In this document: piece after piece, positions 1-13,817 of the stretch | Layout of the letters: every line of letters begins with the position of its first letter | Numbering within the stretch: the stretch's first letter is position 1 | Source: Macrostomum lignano | Taxonomy: Eukaryota | Length of the DNA stretch: 64,000 nt | Assembly (NCBI GenBank): GCA_002269645.1 | Contig: NIVC01002590.1 | Location: 62,001 to 126,000 of the forward strand | Direction: 5' to 3' | Notes under the pieces: model-generated | Database searches by the model: none | What the model was told of the DNA's origin: nothing | The model's input: only the letters and a program-made list of their open reading frames with translations | Program-made: the position numbers and the translations under genes

Positions 1-3000
1 CTCATTGAAGGTCTGTGCAGCGGCAGCAGGTACGGCCGTTGTCGGAGATTCGACACTTCCGTGGCCACGAGTATGAGATGTGGTAATTTGCACTGGGTTT
101 TCTAGCTCTGCGCGGCATCCTAGAGGAGACCCATTACCAACATCTCATGCCGCTGTCGACCGCTTTCTTCTGCTTAAACACTGGAACGTGTGCCCATTGC
201 CGAACTGGCACACGTCAGACAGTCGCTTCTGTACTTTCACAGGAAGCTGCCTAGGCTGTACTCGCAGCGCGCACTGACATACAATGCGCACCAGGTATAA
301 ATGCCCTTCACTAGTAATATTTTTAGGCACTGGTTTTCAGAGAAGTATTTCAACCATGGATAGCCTGCTCGCCTGCTTTTCAGGTGTGCTGGCATACGGT
401 GCAGCACGCAATTCTAGGCGGACCAGTGCATCTGCTGTCCACAGGCCTATTCGAGACTATGCATTCGCGAATTAAAACTCGATTACACGGTACGCGGATT
501 GACGTCGAGTTGGTGCGCGCCATCGAGCGTGACGTCGCATCAGCACAGGTTTGCCAGTCACTAGAGCTGTATTGGACCAAAAAGTTTCTCGATTTAAAAA
601 AGAACACTTATGTACTTTGCCTGGCTAAACAGGGAACCGTGGAACTCACTTTAATCTATTTTAATCTTTCAATTTAGAATCGCGGCTAACTCCAAGATGC
701 CGGCCAGACTACGAAGGACCCGCGAGGCAAAAAGAGGTAGTCGTCGTGCCCTCCCGGTTAGGACCGATTGTGCTTCGACGACCTAGGACGATGACGACTG
801 GGTGGAGAAGCGCGTCGCTGCCATCAGCCGTCTATGTTGAGGCGTGGCATCCCATCGCAGGAGGACGTCTGAACTCTGAAGACTTCATCCAGCTTCGTTG
901 CTGTACAGGCGGATACTGAACCGATGGACTTCGTCTTCGGCCGCACACATAGTCTGGAATATGGTGGCAGCGACGTTGTTCGCGTACTTCTAGAAGTACT
1001 CCCGGTGGAGCCTGGCGTCGATCCCCTGCAGGAATTGGCCAACGTTAGGTCGGACTCTGGGGAACGTGGGTGCCGCAACGCAAGTTTTCGGCTTCTGCGG
1101 ACGGACCCCTTTGCCGACCTGCAGGCATTTGGCCCCCTAGTGCCCTTCAACGTCAACACAATCGTTGGTGTTTGCGCCGTCAGTCCCACGGCCATCGCTC
1201 TGCTGCCTCACTTGCAGTTAGGCTTCTCATGATTAAGAATAATGACAGTCCAGACATAGATATCCCTCTAATATATAGGTTACTTTTTCAGGTGGTAACA
1301 AATTCTCGGGCCAAAATCAGCGATGGTTCCAGGAAAGGATTCCATCTGAATACTATGATTCCTGTAATCCACTCTTCAGGCAGCTTCTCACTGTCTGTCC
1401 TTGTGTATGCTAATTTTGTAAGCGTTCGCTCGAGACTCCGCTTTTTTGCAGACTACTTCGTTTGCCTACAATCCTACATCATGTGCGTACTGACGATTGA
1501 TTGATTTTTGATTGCTTGAAAATATTGTATCCTTCGTTTCATTTTGTACTTTCCTTTGCCAAATAAAACCAAAAGTATAACCAAAAAAATTTGCTGCTAC
1601 CACAGTTATTTAAATAACTATAGGAACCAATATTAGGGATCCTTTAGTCTGGGAATAGTCTGGTAAGTTAGAGATTAGTCGGGCAGATTAGGCCCGTACA
1701 TGGGAACTCGGAATCCGTAGTATACATATCGCACTTTGCACTTGCGCTGCAAATCCTTTGATCTTGCAGTCCCGACAGATGGATCACTCGTCCAGTGACT
1801 CGGGAATTAACTGGAGCAAATTATTCGACTCCTGTGCCACCCCAGCGACTGGGAGCCGACAGACAGCGACAGCAAAGGCTCCGAAACAGACGTTGAGGAT
1901 CTGCGCGCGGAGCTGTCAGCTAAACGACCCCGAAACGTTTATTCACTCGTGGATTACAACTGCTTACCGCCTGCGCCTCCCGCCCAATACGGCACCAGAA
2001 GCGGGAGGAGCACATGCGTCTGCCAGCCCAAACCTGCCCCGAATGTGAGGATTGGTTTGCGTAGCTTTTGCCAAAGTCACGCGCTACTCGCCTACAATAC
2101 CATGGACGTCATCGGCACCGCCGCATAATCCAGGCGAACTTTTTTTTGCTATCGACACGCCCCCCTCGCCACCACCTGCCCCCTTCGAGCTAATGAAGGT
2201 TGGCAAGAGGCGACGTCGACCACTTTTGTGACCTGCAGGCCAGGTCGCACAGCCCCACTAAAATCAAGGCGCCGATGAATGACTTGGTAAATCCATCGGC
2301 GTCACCATCGGGCAGGTCGTGGTCGCGGGGCAGGAAATATGCGTGCTTCAGGCAATGCTGATGCAGAGCAGCCTCAGTAACACCGCTGCTGGAAAGGTAA
2401 GCTTAGTTGGCCTGCAAGCGCTACAATGCAAAAAAACACCACAAACGCGCCGTTCCACGCTTATGCCCCCCGCTTTTCCCACTCCCCATAGGTTAAAGCC
2501 ATCCACTTTAATGTGGGCTGCATGGTAAGCAAGGACGACATTATTGTGGAGCTGGAGCCGGCGGCCTAATGATGCAGCCTGTCCCTGGCCATACTATTAA
2601 CAACCGTAATGCAGTTCACTCATTTAATTGAGAGGATTGATACCCCAGCACTATTTACTTGTTGTTGCACATAATAAAAATCTCACATTATCTGCACCGT
2701 CTATTGTATGCGCTGAGGTTCGCTGAGGCAGAACAGTTGTGCCAGCCAACCCTGCAAAAATAAACGTTATCGACGCATTCCTAAAGAATGCTAATGCCAT
2801 CCTTACCAAACGCCAAAAAGGGAAAGTCTTCCACTGCTGTAAGGAGATGGCCCTTAAGCGCCTCAGCTTATATGCACCAAAGCAAAAGGCAAAGACTCCT
2901 ACTCTAGGCTGGGAGAAAATGCAGAGCATCTCCAAGAGCCAGCGTCCTTGCAACGCTAAAGCCCCGTCGCCCATCGTAATTGCCAGCGATGCAGCTTCAG

Positions 3001-3179
3001 GCGTAGCTGCACTTATACGCATTGTACACACCAGCAACGCTGGCGCTGGATCCTTGGGTGTCCACCACCAAAATTTGGACAGCGACTCCAAGGGCCCCAG
3101 TGAAAATTTGTCTGCTGCTGAAGATCTGCTTCTACAGCTTACACAGTAACTTTGCCTTGATAACTTGTATTGCAGTTCC

Positions 3180-5260
3180 GCTATAGGTCTATACCTTACT
3201 GCTTTAGTTCAATTATAATTATAGTTCTACTATAGACTATGATAGATGCTTAACTATAGTTCTCCACTTCTAATCATTCTACTTGGACTATCCCTAGACC
3301 ATTCCTAGTTCAACTGTACTTCTCCTAATGGTTTTTCTTGGAGCATTACTAGACTTCTCTGAGTCTCCTTGGTCTAGCTAGTAGGTTAATTGTTTATTGC
3401 AAGAACAGCTGAGTTTGTAGTTTGCAGTGTTTGCACACAACAGTTGATTTCACAGGTTTTCATAGTTTATTTAGTGGATGTTTATTGTTGATTCTTGATT
3501 CTGTGGGTTGTTTATATTGACTTTGTGGGTTGTTTATTGTTGACTTTGCAGACTTGTTTATTGTTGACTATAAGGTTTTTTATAGTTCATTTAGTGGGTT
3601 ATTTATTGTTGACTTTTGAGCGGGATGTTTATAGTTTTTTTTGTTTTTAAGGTTTTTTATTGTTAACTATCAAATTATTCTTTCTAGTTTATTTAGCATG
3701 TCACACAAAATAAACTTGAGCTAGCAGCATGCCACCCTACACATTATTAATGAGATAGTCTGTCTCATTAAATATTTTGCGCTATATTCAGCAGCATTTT
3801 TTCTTTACTTGGAAAACTAAACTCTTTTATTTGAGAGAGCATCCAAGCAGCTAAATGTTAATTAAGCATGTGTATCATGGTCCAACTTGTCTATATATCT
3901 ATTTCATGGATACATATATATTGTTTGCTATTGAATAGGCCATAATTGTATCCATTTCCTAGACCATTTATGTCCTAAATGCCAAGGTCCATTTCCTTAT
4001 CCATATTAATGTTTATTCTCTAGTCCATTTTTATCCATGGCAATTATGTCCATTTTTGTCCATTCTAGTGAATGCTTCATTATACACACAACTTGAACAA
4101 AAAAGTGGACCAAGGAAATAGTTAAAAAATTATGCAGATAGGAAATAGACCAAAATGGAGGAAAATCTCAAAATATGTTATAAACATTTTTCCTCCATTT
4201 TTACCACTACAAAAAAATAGGCCTAAATGGACACATTCTGGATAGAAAAGTAGACTTCTGATTTCCAATTCTCCAAAAATGGTCTAAAAAGCAGAATTAT
4301 TTTTACCTACATAGGTCTTATTTGAGACTTTGGTATTTGTAATTATTTTTTTTATAAACTAAATAAACCCAAGATAAAATTAATTTTTATAGGAGATAAT
4401 TTGACTAAATTTATAAATAGCAAGAAATTATTATCTTTTTAAATGTTTAATTCCTATATAGCTTTTATTTGTTTTATTTATAGAGCTATTAATATTGTAT
4501 TTTAATTTGTATAACTGTAAATAAAATTAGGAATGCCATGGTGATATAAATACCAATAGGCCATACTTTAGTCCTAAAGAATATAATAGTAAAATAGAGA
4601 TAAAACTGATAGAAGAATGATAGGGTAAAAGCTCATTTATTTATAGAGTTGAATATTTCAACACAAAATTGATTTGCAGGCTACTTTTATATTGTTAGAT
4701 AATAAGAGTTAAGTGCTGTAGGCCAGACTTGAAGATATCATGGACTAGATCTGGCCTATAGGCAAGAGTTTGCTAACCCCTAATATATAATCATAAATTT
4801 TGTTTATAACTATGACCATGCATTAAGTCTAGTCAAAGTTTTCAATAAATAGATTAAAAATATTTTTACTTTACCAATAGCTACCAAGCCTGAAGTTATT
4901 ATGTTTATACATAGAAAGCATGCCTAATAGTAATAGGTATATATATAGCTAGTATAACTTAGCTACAAGTGGTTTAAGCACTGCTTAATCTGCTAACCCC
5001 CTATGACAAAAGGCTATTTTATAAAAATACTACTTATTAGCTAGGTCTACTATATAAAGTATTGCAATATAAAGAAATTTACATAGATTAGTTTGTTAAA
5101 TAACAAAATAATATACACATACACTATTACATAATTCAAAACTATTGAGTCAGATCTTAGGTCTACTTCCAATTTAACCAAATTGATTTTTTCTGGAACT
5201 ATATAGCGCAATAAATAAACAACAACTAATTCACAGAGTTGGCCAGCCAGTGACTAGTAT
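3180..5260. other. AT-rich, almost CpG-free block, probably a decayed repeat or mobile element
   Basis: Only about three CpG dinucleotides found by eye in ~2 kb, abundant TpA, and clustered GTCCATTT / AAATGGAC motifs. No intact ORF. Confidence 0.35.
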
Positions 5261-7414
5261 GATTAGGCGATTAGGATCAGCTAACAACAAATAAGTAAAT
5301 TAGTTAATACAATATGAAGCTCCTGCTCCATCCTTACTAAAAACATCGTCGTTGTGACACAAAGTTTCATTTAGAGTTAGCTTGGGTAATTTTTCAGCTC
5401 CAAGCTTCTAACTAAACTTGATCAGCTAATTTTACACACTGGAGCAAGCACAACAACGGTCACACACGTGGTAAAAATGATCAACCAAATTCTAAAGTGA
5501 ATTTTTTTTCTTACCAATGGCTGTTTGCAAGCTGAAATATTAAAGTAAAATGTTTAAGCGGAATAAAAAGAGTGTGATTTTTTATTTTTCATATTTTTAA
5601 CCATCTTAAACCCAATATTCTACACGCCTTTTGTTAAAGCATTATGAAGTAATTTTAATCAAGAAACAAGAATCAAAATTCAAACTCGTTAATTACCACG
5701 TCTGAAAAAAGTGGACTATCCTAATGGACAAAAGCTGCAACTGACTGAAGTTAGATTAAAATTCTGTGTGGCACGTTTAAAAACAGTTCGTTACTTTCAC
5801 TGCTATTTAGCAAGGCAAAATTTATCATGACAATTAATTTTGTACTCTGTATTGCAATAGTATACATGTACATCAGCCTTGCGTATTGCGGTTGGTGTGA
5901 GCCACACTTTGACTTTAAATATAGAAGTCGATATCGCCAACTTGGCTGAGAGTCGTGTATACCCATAATCAGTTTGCGCTCCAACATTTGCGTCGCGCAA
6001 GCACAAGCTAGGAAGCCCCCTATATGTAAGCTGGGCCGCTAGATCGAATTAGTCAAAGTGAGAAAGTGAGATGCAAGCCTTAGTGGCCGCCACACTGCAA
6101 AGTAAATACGGTCCCAAATTTTAAAAGCAAATTTTGCAAGACACGTCTCAGTCATCGGCTGCGGCAGCATCTGAAGTGCTACGATCAACCAAAATTCATC
6201 ACCGCAAGATCATCGAGCCAGCTGGACCGCCAAGTAAAACATTTTGAAGGTATGATGGCCGAGATGATCCATGGCCAATGGATTAGGGTTGCCAACAATC
6301 TGTCGACCAATTGCAGTGTACGAAGTGTTGGTCGCCACTAAGCAGCGACGCCGCAGCCGAGAGTGTAAAGACAAGGAAGCGGCGATATCGCAGCATCTGG
6401 TCAGTCAGGGCGACTTGGTTGCCCTCATATTGGCCAAGACAGCAAAGAGAGTTAGTGGCCAGCTATATGGTCTGTCTGTTAATTAAGGAAAAAGACTCCC
6501 CCCCCGAGAACAGTTTGTTCTTCGGCAAGCTTCGCTTGGATTTCCAATTGGCGGTGATCTGGCAAAATGTCTTGTACCTCAGACTATATGCTGTATGCAT
6601 TTAAATAACTTTTCAAACCTTAAGCTACGAGCGTATAATAATCTTAGTGCTAAATGAAAATTTCTTGCTTTGTTGCTTGGCTGTCTTTTATGCAGAGTAA
6701 AGGGGATAGGGTCCTTTATTTTTTATTATACTGTTCAATTTCTTACTGTTCGAATGTGTACCATATTCGAATACGTTTACAGTTGAAAAATTATTACAAA
6801 TACTGTAAAAATTAGGTTATACGTTATGTTTGTTAAATGGTCTACTATCTTATCCTTGACACTATCCTTGATCTGCACAATGTCATTTGTCCACTTACAG
6901 GTCATACTGCATGATTCTCAATTTGTTGTTTAGGGTCATTTGTCCAGCTCGTGTCATGATCTGCGTAGTGTCATAGCAGCAGCCATGCATGCAAGGACTT
7001 TAGAACTGTACTGTAGATGTGGATCCTGTGTACGAGCTATCAATTCGTTAATAGTACATATGTGTACTTTTCGATTCAAGCACATTAATTGAGTACACTT
7101 TGGAAGGCAACTTGTTTTTTACAGCTTTGATACATTCATGATACATGTATACTAAGCATTCGCTAATGCATTTGCCATTTAAGAAGAGAAAATGCGTAAT
7201 AGGCGTTAACACGTTTGTCAGATTTTGATTTAAATTGTTAAAATTTTAAGTAGCAATTAGTGCGTTACTACTTTTAATACTATGGTATGCGGTAAATCTT
7301 CGTGAAAACTCGAAGCCTTATCCAGGGGTTCCGTGTGCAAAATTTCACATCTCCGAAAAGTAGCCTCCGTCACAACTCCGACACTTTATATTTCCGACAC
7401 AATTAAAATCTTCG

Positions 7415-7780
7415 ACATTTCATATCTCCGACATTTCATATCTCCAACACTTCATATCTCCGACATTTCATATCTCCGACATTTCATATCTCCGACACTT
7501 CATATCTCCGACACTTCATATCTCCGACATTTCATATCTCCGACACTTCATATCTCCGACATTTCATATTTCCAACACTTCATATCTCCAACACTTCATA
7601 TCTCCAACACTTCATATCTCCGACACTTCATATCTCCGACACTTCATATCTCCGACACTTCATATCTCAGACACTTCATATCTCCCAAACTTCATACCTC
7701 CCAAACTATATATCTCCGGCATTTCATATCTCCACACTTCATATCTCCACACTTCATATCTCCACACTTCATATCTCTGA
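7415..7780. repeat. Minisatellite, ~16-bp unit CTTCATATCTCCGACA
   Basis: Direct tandem copies visible. Confidence 0.9.
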
Positions 7781-8644
7781 AACAATGCATCTCCGAAATA
7801 CGAATTGTCGGAGCTATGAAAGCACCCACTGATTCCTTATTCCCGGGGTATCCCCCCACGTTGGTTCGACAGTCACTTTTGCATTCATTCGTACTAACAG
7901 TAGCTTTTTTGCAAAAATGCTTTTATGTCTTCAACACTGCCGGGTCCCTATATCGCTTGAGAGGCTTGCGCTTGCTGTCAATCCGCAACAAGTTCGCCAT
8001 TAGAAAAAGTTAAGTAATAAATTCAGTAATATCTCCCCTGAACCCGGGAAGTCTGAGCTGTTGCTCAAATCGTACCTCCACAGCTATGCGGTATGCAACT
8101 TTCTGTCTGTGAGCACAGCTGCCCTCTGTGCAAGCGCTGTGATAAAATTCCCCTTTTTTCCCCAAAGACTTTTAGCGTCAAGTTTACTAAAGCAAGTGTG
8201 CTTGCATTGCCTTGCGCTTGCTGTGCTCCTGTCAGCTCTACAAGGAGTTGAATACTTCCTGTCAGTCCTATTTTCAACTACCGTAGCTGCTGGTTCAACC
8301 CCTATTGTGGACTGATTCTAATAGTTTTCTTGCATTTCACGTTGTGTATTGATTCTTCAGCAGGTGTCCCTGTACAATGACTGGCCCTGTTCTCTCTGTA
8401 GTGTAAGGACTGGATTTCCCTTTAAGTTTTTTTATGAGCAATTATACACACGAGGTGCTGTGCAACTCACAGCTCTGCTACCTGGTGCCGCTCCTTTTGC
8501 CTTTAGACCTTGAAAGCATTCTAAAAATGGACTACTTTTTAAAGTTACTATAACTCTAACAGTATATTAAAGCGAATAAAAAAGAAAATCTCACTCTTCT
8601 TCTGATTTGTCCTACGCTTTTCGACCTGTACATTAAACCCTTCA

Positions 8645-8870
8645 ACTGCCTCCCTCTCCCCCCCATCCGCCTCCCTCTCCCCCTCATTCGCCTCCCTCTC
8701 CCCTCCATCCGCCTCCCTCTCCCTCTCCATCCGCCTCCCTCCCCCATCCGCCTCCCTCTCCCCCCATCCGCCTCCCTCTCCCCTCCATCCGCCTCCCTCT
8801 CCCCTCCATCCGCCTCCCTCCCCCCATCCTCCTCCCTCTACCCCCATTCACCTCCCTCTCCCCTCTCCGC
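8645..8870. repeat. C-rich minisatellite, ~20-21-bp unit CTCCCTCTCCCC(C/T)CCATCCGC
   Basis: Tandem copies visible. Confidence 0.88.
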
Positions 8871-9604
8871 TTTTGCCTCTCGCGTGAATGAAAAGTGAGA
8901 AAGGGAAGGTGAGCAGAGAAGCGAGGAAGCAAGACAGACAGAAGAGAGGGTACGTATGAGAGATGCAGGGGCTGAGAGGAATGCCATATAGCGCTGACAT
9001 GCAGTAGTAAGATACAGATAGATATTAGCAATCCCAGTCCATCGGTCTGCCGACACGCACAAGACAGAGACCCGTGCCACCCTCTCCCCTCTCCCTTATC
9101 CCATCCCACCTCTCCTTCGCGTGCGGTTGTCGTGCCACTTTCACATCTGTTCCAACCTCCATCTGATTTCAAAATTAATAGGCCGGGGGCGGACCAGAGC
9201 AGACAGAAGGCCACACAGACTGCAGATCTGCTTGCTGCAAAGGCTGCTATTAAACACTGTTGTGTTAGCCAAGGTTCAAAGTTGTGACAACCGCGTTGGG
9301 GGCGGAATGCAACTAATAATAATGAAGAAAATGGGGTTTGAAAGTCTGAGATAAAACTCCTATAGCCCCGTCATCATCGCCAAGCCTCTGTCTAGTGTAG
9401 GGTATCGCCTTATAGCACAAAGACTGTGTATAGCTATTGCCCTAGCACAAAGACCTACAAACACAACAGATTGCAAGAATCTGTACAACTTAGTTGAATA
9501 AGGTGTCTCTTAGAATAATTTGGAAACTAACAAAACTAATCGCTTCATTAAATCCACAGTTCCAGTTATTGGCCTTTTGTTGTATTTTACTCGCACTTAT
9601 GAGG

Positions 9605-10010
9605 GTGAGGCAGGGAGGCAGGTGGAAGGGAGAGGGAGGCAGAGGGAGGCAGAGGGAGGCAGAGGGAGGCAGAGGGAGGCAGAGGGAGGCAGAGGGAGGC
9701 AGAGGGAGGCAGAGGGAGGCAGAGGGAGGCAGAGGGAGGCAGAGGGAGGCAGAGGGAGGCAGAGGGAGGCAGAGGGAGGCAGAGGGAGGCAGAGGGAGGC
9801 AGAGGGAGGGGAGAGGGAGGCAGGGGGAGGCAGAGGGAGGCAGAGGGAGGCAGAGGGAGGCAGAGGGAGGCAGAGGGAGGCAGAGGGAGGGGAGAGGGAG
9901 GCAGAGGGAGGAGAGAAGAAGCCAGTTTGAGGGAAGAGGGCTGAGTGGAGAGGGGGGCAGGTGGAGACGAAAGGGAGGCAGATAGAAGGGAGAGGGAGGC
10001 AGATGAAGGG
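9605..10010. repeat. 10-bp minisatellite (AGAGGGAGGC)n with degenerate flanks
   Basis: Near-perfect core at ~9628-9910. Confidence 0.92.
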
Positions 10011-10621
10011 GAGATGTTTGCAAGATGAGGGTCACAGGCAGAAACTTTGTTCCAATTTAAAGAAAAAAACGTTAAAAATTTGAAGTGAACGGCTGGATGG
10101 AGAGAAAAAACTCGCGATAAAAAAGCAGACTTTGAAAAGCGAAAAGCTCAGACAGTGCAGGCCGCCCAGTGATTGCACAATTTGCCTTGGGGCTGCAATC
10201 TCGGTTGGTGTCTCCAGTCCTGCAGCCCCCCCCCCCCTGCCCCCGAGCGAGCAATTATATTTAGGGACGCCATTGTGCAAGCGATTAAGTTGATCGCCTC
10301 AACACACCTTTCGCTTTCGCCCGATAATAACCAACGCGAATTGATTTGGTGCCGATTGTCCCCCCCAGCTGAGTGGAGTCTGGGCGGCCTCATCAGCTGC
10401 GGCTTTAATTGCAAACGAAATGGAGGGCGAGAGAATTGTAAGACGTGAACGAGGCACAACTCTCTCTTCCTTCTTAATCCCCAATTATTGACACCCAAAG
10501 TCACTTCTTTTTTATCCCCTAAATGGGGATCATTGTGCGATCTGCATATAGTCTTTGTAGGCTTGGAACAAAGACTAAGAAAACGAATTAAATCGGCTTA
10601 TCTTCGTGCTCTTGGAAACGC

Positions 10622-10622
10622 G

Positions 10623-10720
<98 letters not shown>

Positions 10721-10733
10721 CCTATCTATCTAG
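10622..10733. repeat. (TATC)n microsatellite
   Basis: Direct observation. Confidence 0.97.
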
Positions 10734-11419
10734 GTATGTGATCGATTTCAGAAGAATAATAGCTATAAGAATAGTACAGAAACTGCTGAAGAAATTATAT
10801 CTGCTCTACATTTTTTGTACTACAAAGCTTGCACAAAGAGCAAGTAAGGAATTCCCAGATGGGCGACCGATGGAGCTTCAGCTCGAGCAGCAAAATCCCT
10901 ACTGAGTTAAGAAAGGAAAAGCGTGCAGTTTTAGCACCATCTCATGGTCGTCAAGGCAACAGACTCTAATCGCGGGTAAAGTCTCCAAGTGCTTCCTCCC
11001 CCTGGGGGATTCCATCCTGCCTGGTAGGCGCCAATTCAAAGAGCAGTCTTCCTCGACCAAAAAAGTTAAACAAAAAATCTAACCCAGGTTCACAGCAAGT
11101 CTGAAGCACTCGGTTTGCTGCTCAATTGAACTACTCTGCAAAACATTCCTGGAAAAAAACTACTCAACATTATTAGCGGCCATGAAGTGGGGGGTAGCGC
11201 TGTGTTTTGTAACCAAGCTTGTGTCGGAGGTCTGTTTTTTAAACTATTTTTCAATCTTCACGTCCTTTTAAAGGGCGAAATCCCATGGGAATTCCTGCGG
11301 TCGTATAGGGCCGGGTGTCCCGTTAGCCACTTAGTATTGAAATTAGTCAATTAAAAATCATGTACACACAAATTGTTCACCAACTTTGCTGAGCTCCTAT
11401 ACCGTTAAGAAGGCCGCTA

Positions 11420-11790
11420 GTCATGCAGGAATCACCCGCTAGTTATCCAGGAATCACCCGCTGGTTATCCAGGAATCACACGCTAGTTATTCTGGAATCA
11501 CCCACTAGGCATCCAGGAATCACCCGCTAGTCATCCAGGAATCACCCGCTAGTTATCCAGGAATCACCCGCTAGTTATCCAGGAATCACACGCTAGTTAT
11601 TCTGGAATCACCCACTAGGCATCCAGGAATCACCCGCTAGTCATCCAGGAATCACACGCTAGTTATGCAGGAATCACCCGCTAGTTATCTAGGAATCACC
11701 CGCTAGTCATGCAGGAATCGCCCGCTAGTTATCCCAGAATCACCCGCTAGTTATCCAGGAATCGCCCGCTAGTTATCCCAGAATCGCCTC
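11420..11790. repeat. 22-bp minisatellite AATCACCCGCTAGTTATCCAGG (same family as 13818-15815)
   Basis: Tandem copies sharing the CCCGCTAGTTATCC core with the larger array. Confidence 0.9.
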
Positions 11791-12379
11791 AGAGTCGCAG
11801 TGGTGTCCTCAGGGCGCTGTCTCAAAAAACCGCAACTGGCGCAGCTTCCACCGTTGCCAATGTAAATAATAACCAGTGCCAGGCTATAGAGAAATAAGAA
11901 GCCCCAATGCAAAGGGACTGAGAACTGGCGGGATTGTAGCTATTGCAAGGATTGATTCCGCTCGGATTGCAAATTTCAGTGAAGAGTCCCAATTGTCCCC
12001 CTATTGTTCAGGAGATGTCTAGCATGCATGCATTTAGCTCAGCTATTTAGTTTGTGCAGTGTATAACAGTTCGGTGAGCAAAGCCTATGCTAACAGCCAA
12101 TTATTTATTGGCTAGCCCTAGCAACCAGGCCACTGAGACCCGCGAAGCTTAGGTTAGCCCATAGACTATGGCGAATTCCTAAAAAAAAACGTTACAAACC
12201 TCTGCCCTAACCTTCAATTTCATGACTTCTGATGACTTTTTAAGCTTTCTGATTGCAAGTCATTTACTTACGTCGTGTCATCCAAAAATTTTTGCACACT
12301 TGAGGCATTCGGGCATGTTATTCTGAGAGATGAGGAAATGTGGAGTTTAGGGGATATTTTGCATTCTTGCATTTGCATT

Positions 12380-12865
12380 CTAAGGGGAGTGCCATTTTCT
12401 ATTCTAGGAGTGCCGATTTGTGTTCTAGGAGTGCCGATTTGTGTTCTAGGAGTGCCGATTTGTGTTCTAGGAGTGCCGATTTGTGTTCTAGGAGTGCCGA
12501 TTTGTATTCTAGGAGTGCCATTTTGTATTCTAGGAGTGCCATTTTGTATTCTAGGAGTGCCAATTTGTATTCTAGGAGTGCCAATTTGTATTCTAGGAGT
12601 GCCATTTTGTATTCTAGGAGTGCCAATTTGTGTTCTAGGAGTGTCAATTTGTATTCTAGGAGTGCCAATTTGTATTCTAGGAGTGTCAATTTGTATTCTA
12701 GGAGTGCCAATTTGTGTTCTAGGAGTGTCAATTTGTATTCTAGGAGTGCCAATTTGTGTTCTAGGAGTGCCATTTTGTATTCTAGGAGTGCCATTTTTTT
12801 AGGAGTGCTATTTTCCATTCTAGGAGTGCCATTTTGCATTATAGGAGTGCCATTTTGTATTCTAA
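12380..12865. repeat. 21-bp minisatellite TTCTAGGAGTGCC(A/G)(A/T)TTTGT(A/G)
   Basis: Tandem copies; these generate the spurious LGVPICI / LLEYKLA ORFs. Confidence 0.92.
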
Positions 12866-13817
12866 GAGTTCCCGTTTTGTTCTCAAAAAGTCGGTTTTTT
12901 GAGAAAATAAAGTTTTATTTTATATTTATTTTGAGCAATTCTGTGCTATTTTGATGCAAAAACTGTGTCACTGACCAGTTTGTATCAAAGCCCAAAATAT
13001 CGGGAAATTTTACTTTCAAACCCTGAGAGTGAAGAAATTAATTACTGCTTCCAGGGAAGAAAATCAATTAAGATTCAGAGGATGAGCTGCTTCTGTTGCT
13101 TTGGTAGGGCCAGAAAGAGAAGAAGACTAAAATTGCTTTTTTTCTCCCAGCCAAACCCCCGCCCACTCCTAAAAGATAAGTTTTTTACAAGCAGCTGCTA
13201 CTCTGGCTCCGCCCACCTAATTAAGCCCGTGCAAATTCATTAAAACACCGGTGCACCCAGCCCCACCCCATGCGGGCAAATAATCTAACACAAAATCATT
13301 GTTACATTGTGCCTGCTTCTCATGCCCGTGGGTTCACAAGTGAGCTGAGAACGGCTGCACTGGATGAAGCTGGCTGAGGTCAGCCTAGCGTCTCAGAATT
13401 ACTATACCTAGATAATATTGCATGAGAACAAAAGTGATGAAGCTGTTTCGAGCTGAGTGCATTATCAAGTGGCCTATAGCTTCATCTACTATGTTAGGAG
13501 ATCTCGAAAATCTGCGTGAGAACGCTGCTCCCGGTGAAATAGGGGCCCAGCAAGATGGAGTGGTCAGACAGGCAGATAGGGTCCAAGTTGAAGAGAGAGT
13601 GGGTAAGTGGCTATTTTGATTGACAGGTTTGACACTGTCAGTCTGTCGGTACCTATGCAGTGTATTTCTATGCTGTACGCGTGTCCAGCCACGCAGTAAT
13701 GCAATGCAGATTCTATTGAAAGTTTTGAAATTTCATTGATTACTGCTAACAATGGTCATTTTTCTCAGCTCATTTTAGTGTCAAATCTCTCCAATCTGAT
13801 TCTATCGTGGACTGGGA

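Noticed and set aside
1-3150. Several 100-145-aa ORFs with moderate GC, possibly mobile-element or gene fragments
   Set aside because: I could not recognise any domain or build a consistent exon chain; this needs BLASTX or a repeat-library search.
5700-8500. Stop-interrupted Cys/His-containing frames on the minus strand, suggestive of a decayed transposase
   Set aside because: The motifs are too weak to assign a superfamily, and no TIRs were identified.
12275-12954. Leucine-zipper-like ORF (LLEYKLA)n from a 21-bp array
   Set aside because: Unit variants are mostly non-synonymous in that frame and there is no flanking coding context, unlike the 16641 array.
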